From: Nemertoderma westbladi
Taxonomy: Eukaryota; Animalia; Xenacoelomorpha
Assembly (NCBI GenBank): GCA_032718475.1
Contig: JAUCBJ010006472.1
Span: 1 to 64,000 of the forward strand
Direction of reading: 5' to 3'
DNA length: 64,000 nucleotides
The notes beneath the pieces were generated by a model. The model had not been told where the DNA came from, ran no database searches, and saw only the letters and a program-made list of their open reading frames with translations. Both the position numbers and the translations under genes were made by a program. Position 1 is the first letter of the stretch, and the number at the start of each line of letters is the position of its first letter. Positions 61,207 to 64,000 of this stretch are shown in pieces.

Positions 61207-62217
61207 GCGAATAGATAAGGATGGAACGCATAAACTCCTTCGTAAGCGCGTCCAGGATAATAACGATGGCGCGAATCACAATGTAAATCAGTGTTCGCTT
61301 CCCAAGCTCTGATGTAACGTAGTGTGATCATTTCATCTACGCTTTCCAAATCGTGATTAAAAGGGCAATCGAAACTGGCGTGTCCCTTTAGTTGACAATG
61401 GGGACATTGAGTCATAAATTGAGGGCAAACCGCAAAAATGTGCAAGTTATTGAGTCTGCAATATGCACAATAAATTTCCATCGCCGGTTGTTCGTGGAAA
61501 TAGGAACAGCGGACGTTTGTGTCCTTCAGTTTGTTGGTTGGGTCTAGGGCATTCGTCACAATAACACCAAAGACGTACGTCCTGTAGAGGAAACGCGTGT
61601 GATCGTTCTCCAGTTTTGCAATATTCTTCCATTTGTTCAAAACTATCCGGGATAACAGGTAGTGGACGATCGGCGGTAAGATACATCATAGTGAAATAGA
61701 GCCGTTTGAGTTCTACCATAGGGTCATGATGTATACCTTGAGGATATCGAGTCTCTAGGTTCTGCTGACTGGCGATGTTGAGATAGGTTTCTCTCAAAAA
61801 TTCCAGGTAGTCGTTGAAGTCGATGCGTTTATCCGGTTCTTCAACGTTTTCTCTTTCCAGTCTGTTACGAATAGAATTTTCGTGTTCTATTCTCGGTTTA
61901 TCGTTACGACTCCGCTGGGTATGATATTTAAATAGAACCATTTCCCTTTCATCGTCCGTATCATGTAAATCGGTAGGATGGCTGGTAGTTAAGAAGTCCA
62001 TATACGTACCATTACGATTCGTATAGCGAGCGGTGAATTTTCGATAATCCAATTCACGCGCAAGTTGCTCTTGGGACATCGGCGGTTCGATATAACGACC
62101 ATCGTCCTTCGTAATGGTTGGATCGGCTTCACCGCGTATTAAGCTATCCACAAATGCTTGTAAAGGTAGAGTATATCGCTCCCTAATACCAAGATCATCT
62201 TCTATCAACTCCGTCAT
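61205..62217 (-). pseudogene. BEL accessory CCHC ORF (copy 2; internal deletion, 3' truncated)
   Basis: MTELIEDD... open to about 61525, then a deletion junction shifts into DTNVRCSYFHEQPAMEIYCAYCRLNNLHIFAVCPQFMTQCPHCQLKGHASFDCPF. Confidence 0.8.
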
Positions 62218-63986
62218 ATCTGCTATCTGAGTTTATTAATATCAAAATGAGTTTATGTTTAGGCGAGCGGGCGTCGCTGCCTACCTCTCTTTGCCCCCGG
62301 ACAGTGGGATTCTCAGCGCCGATGTACCGTCGTCGCGGTGTTTACACCAACATGTAGCAACAGCACGACAACGATAACCGGCACAAGTCACTCCACTGTC
62401 CATCCCAAAGGCTTGGATCCACTTTAGGTTCTTTCTATAGGAGATTTGGGCTACTTTTACAATTGCGACTAGCTACTGTAAACATACTTTAGCAGTAACA
62501 TTCACCTATAAACGCACAAATTCCACACAACTGTCACCAATTGTACACATACAGGCCATTTGTCCGTTAGTCAGTGCCTTCCAGAATGTCACTTTATTAC
62601 TGTGTATCCTTGGATACTAACAGTGTGCTATGTATTCTCTATGCTATGCAATGGGACAAGCTTTCTATTGTTCTTTTAACTTGCTTCTAATTCTAGCGTG
62701 GGTGTTGCTATGGTGACATTATGGAAAGCTAGCGGTAGAATTAGGGTAATTCCAATGCATACAGATCTGGAATGCTATTTAATAGTAATTCTTTAATTGT
62801 CAATATCCTCTTTATGTATGATTTTATTAATTTTATCGGCTATTGACTATATATTTTGGAGATTCTCGCACTCTAATACACTCAATAGGATGAATCTCCG
62901 CTCCCATGATCTATTAATTAATGGAATTTTGGGAATGTTATAATTTGCACAAATGACAATTTATGAAATTCATTTAAGATATGAATTTAAATTTATTCCC
63001 GTGAATTTTATTATTTGATGGTAAAATTGACACAATTTTATTCCAGAGCATGTCTGGGGACCTAGGATCCTTAATTCTGTAAAATTGTCTTTTAAGAATA
63101 TCGGTAAGTGCTACGATATCTTAATTGACTAGAAATTTTAAAGGATCTGAATTTTACAGATTTTAATAAATATTAAATTAATATTTAAGATGGGCACCGA
63201 TTTATTCCAGAACTTGTCTGGGGACGTTAACCACTGATTCTAGAATTTGTCTTTCAAGTATATCGGTGGGTGCCGCGATATCTTAATCGACTAGAATTAC
63301 AGATGGTCAAAAGGTTTAACAGATTTATTTGCATTTTACGCTACTGTTATAGGGACATCACGCTACTATATGTATTATTTAATATAAAGTAGAAGAGCAA
63401 TATCGCACGAAGCAATGTCAGTGTGAAGAGGCAAGTCGTTTCCAAGGTCTACCCAGAGCTTGGTTTAGCCGAGACACGAGGATCTGAACTTTGCATTCCT
63501 AATACTCTGCCTACCAATAATACTTAAATATAGTAGGAGCTTTATTGTACTTTAATAAGTACGGACATTTCATCTTACTGTAGTCACGTATTTATAATAT
63601 GATACGGACAGTAAGGAAAGAGAAAAAATAATTATTTCTCGCCGTCGCACTAAATATATTATAAGTAATTACGTACGTAATAAACACTAATATATTGCAC
63701 TAATCTACTAAATAATCACTAAAATAACATTCTACTAAATAAAATTAAAGGAAACGATTATAATAAAATTACATAATAATACATACATAAATATAAAATA
63801 AAAACAAATATAAAATGATATAGTCACACGCCCACTCCATATGTTATTACGTTATGGAGTCCCTAGATATTTGTCGGATTAGGGAAGTGGTCGTAGGAAG
63901 AGTATCTTGCCTTCCATAGTTTCCGGACAGTTTTCGGTCTCTTTCCAGTAAACATAAACGACTAGCTGGGCGATTGAGTTGTTGTG
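61205..63986 (-). mobile_element. BEL/Pao element copy 2 (end of pol, spacer, accessory ORF)
   Basis: Reverse complement of about 35222-39258 without the piggyBac insertion. Confidence 0.93.
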
Positions 63987-64000
63987 TTACTTTCTCCGCT

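Noticed and set aside
61360-61480. Captured nanos gene
   Set aside because: CCHC spacings (x5-H-x4 and x4-H-x4) differ from the Nanos pattern (x12-H-x10 and x7-H-x4); resemblance only.

Overview
AT-rich, repeat-dense animal (probably invertebrate) genomic DNA. Three host genes can be supported: a 2-exon C2H2 zinc-finger gene (minus strand, 7372-5112), a small 2-exon secreted 8-Cys EGF-like peptide gene (plus strand, 43960-45047) and a 2-exon ZNF236-like gene of about 1824 aa (minus strand, 55053-46941). Most of the rest is nested transposable elements: BEL/Pao and Gypsy LTR elements, RTE and L2/CR1-type LINEs, SINEs, piggyBac, hAT, Harbinger, Tc1/mariner, MULE-like and EnSpm/CMC-like elements, plus satellites. 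Best candidates for new biology: (1) a BEL/Pao family, present in two copies plus a related solo LTR, that carries a large non-env accessory ORF with three CCHC zinc knuckles between pol and the 3' LTR, with a synonymous-biased difference pattern between copies; (2) a long-TIR element with palindromic 22-bp arrays and tRNA-like promoter boxes in its arms, carrying an acidic 28-aa-repeat coiled-coil ORF; (3) pervasive TACAGTA, TACTGTA and TAGGCCTA insertions at TA sites that look like transposon excision footprints and can be shown by comparing paralogous copies. All family assignments come from manual motif reading; no searches were run.
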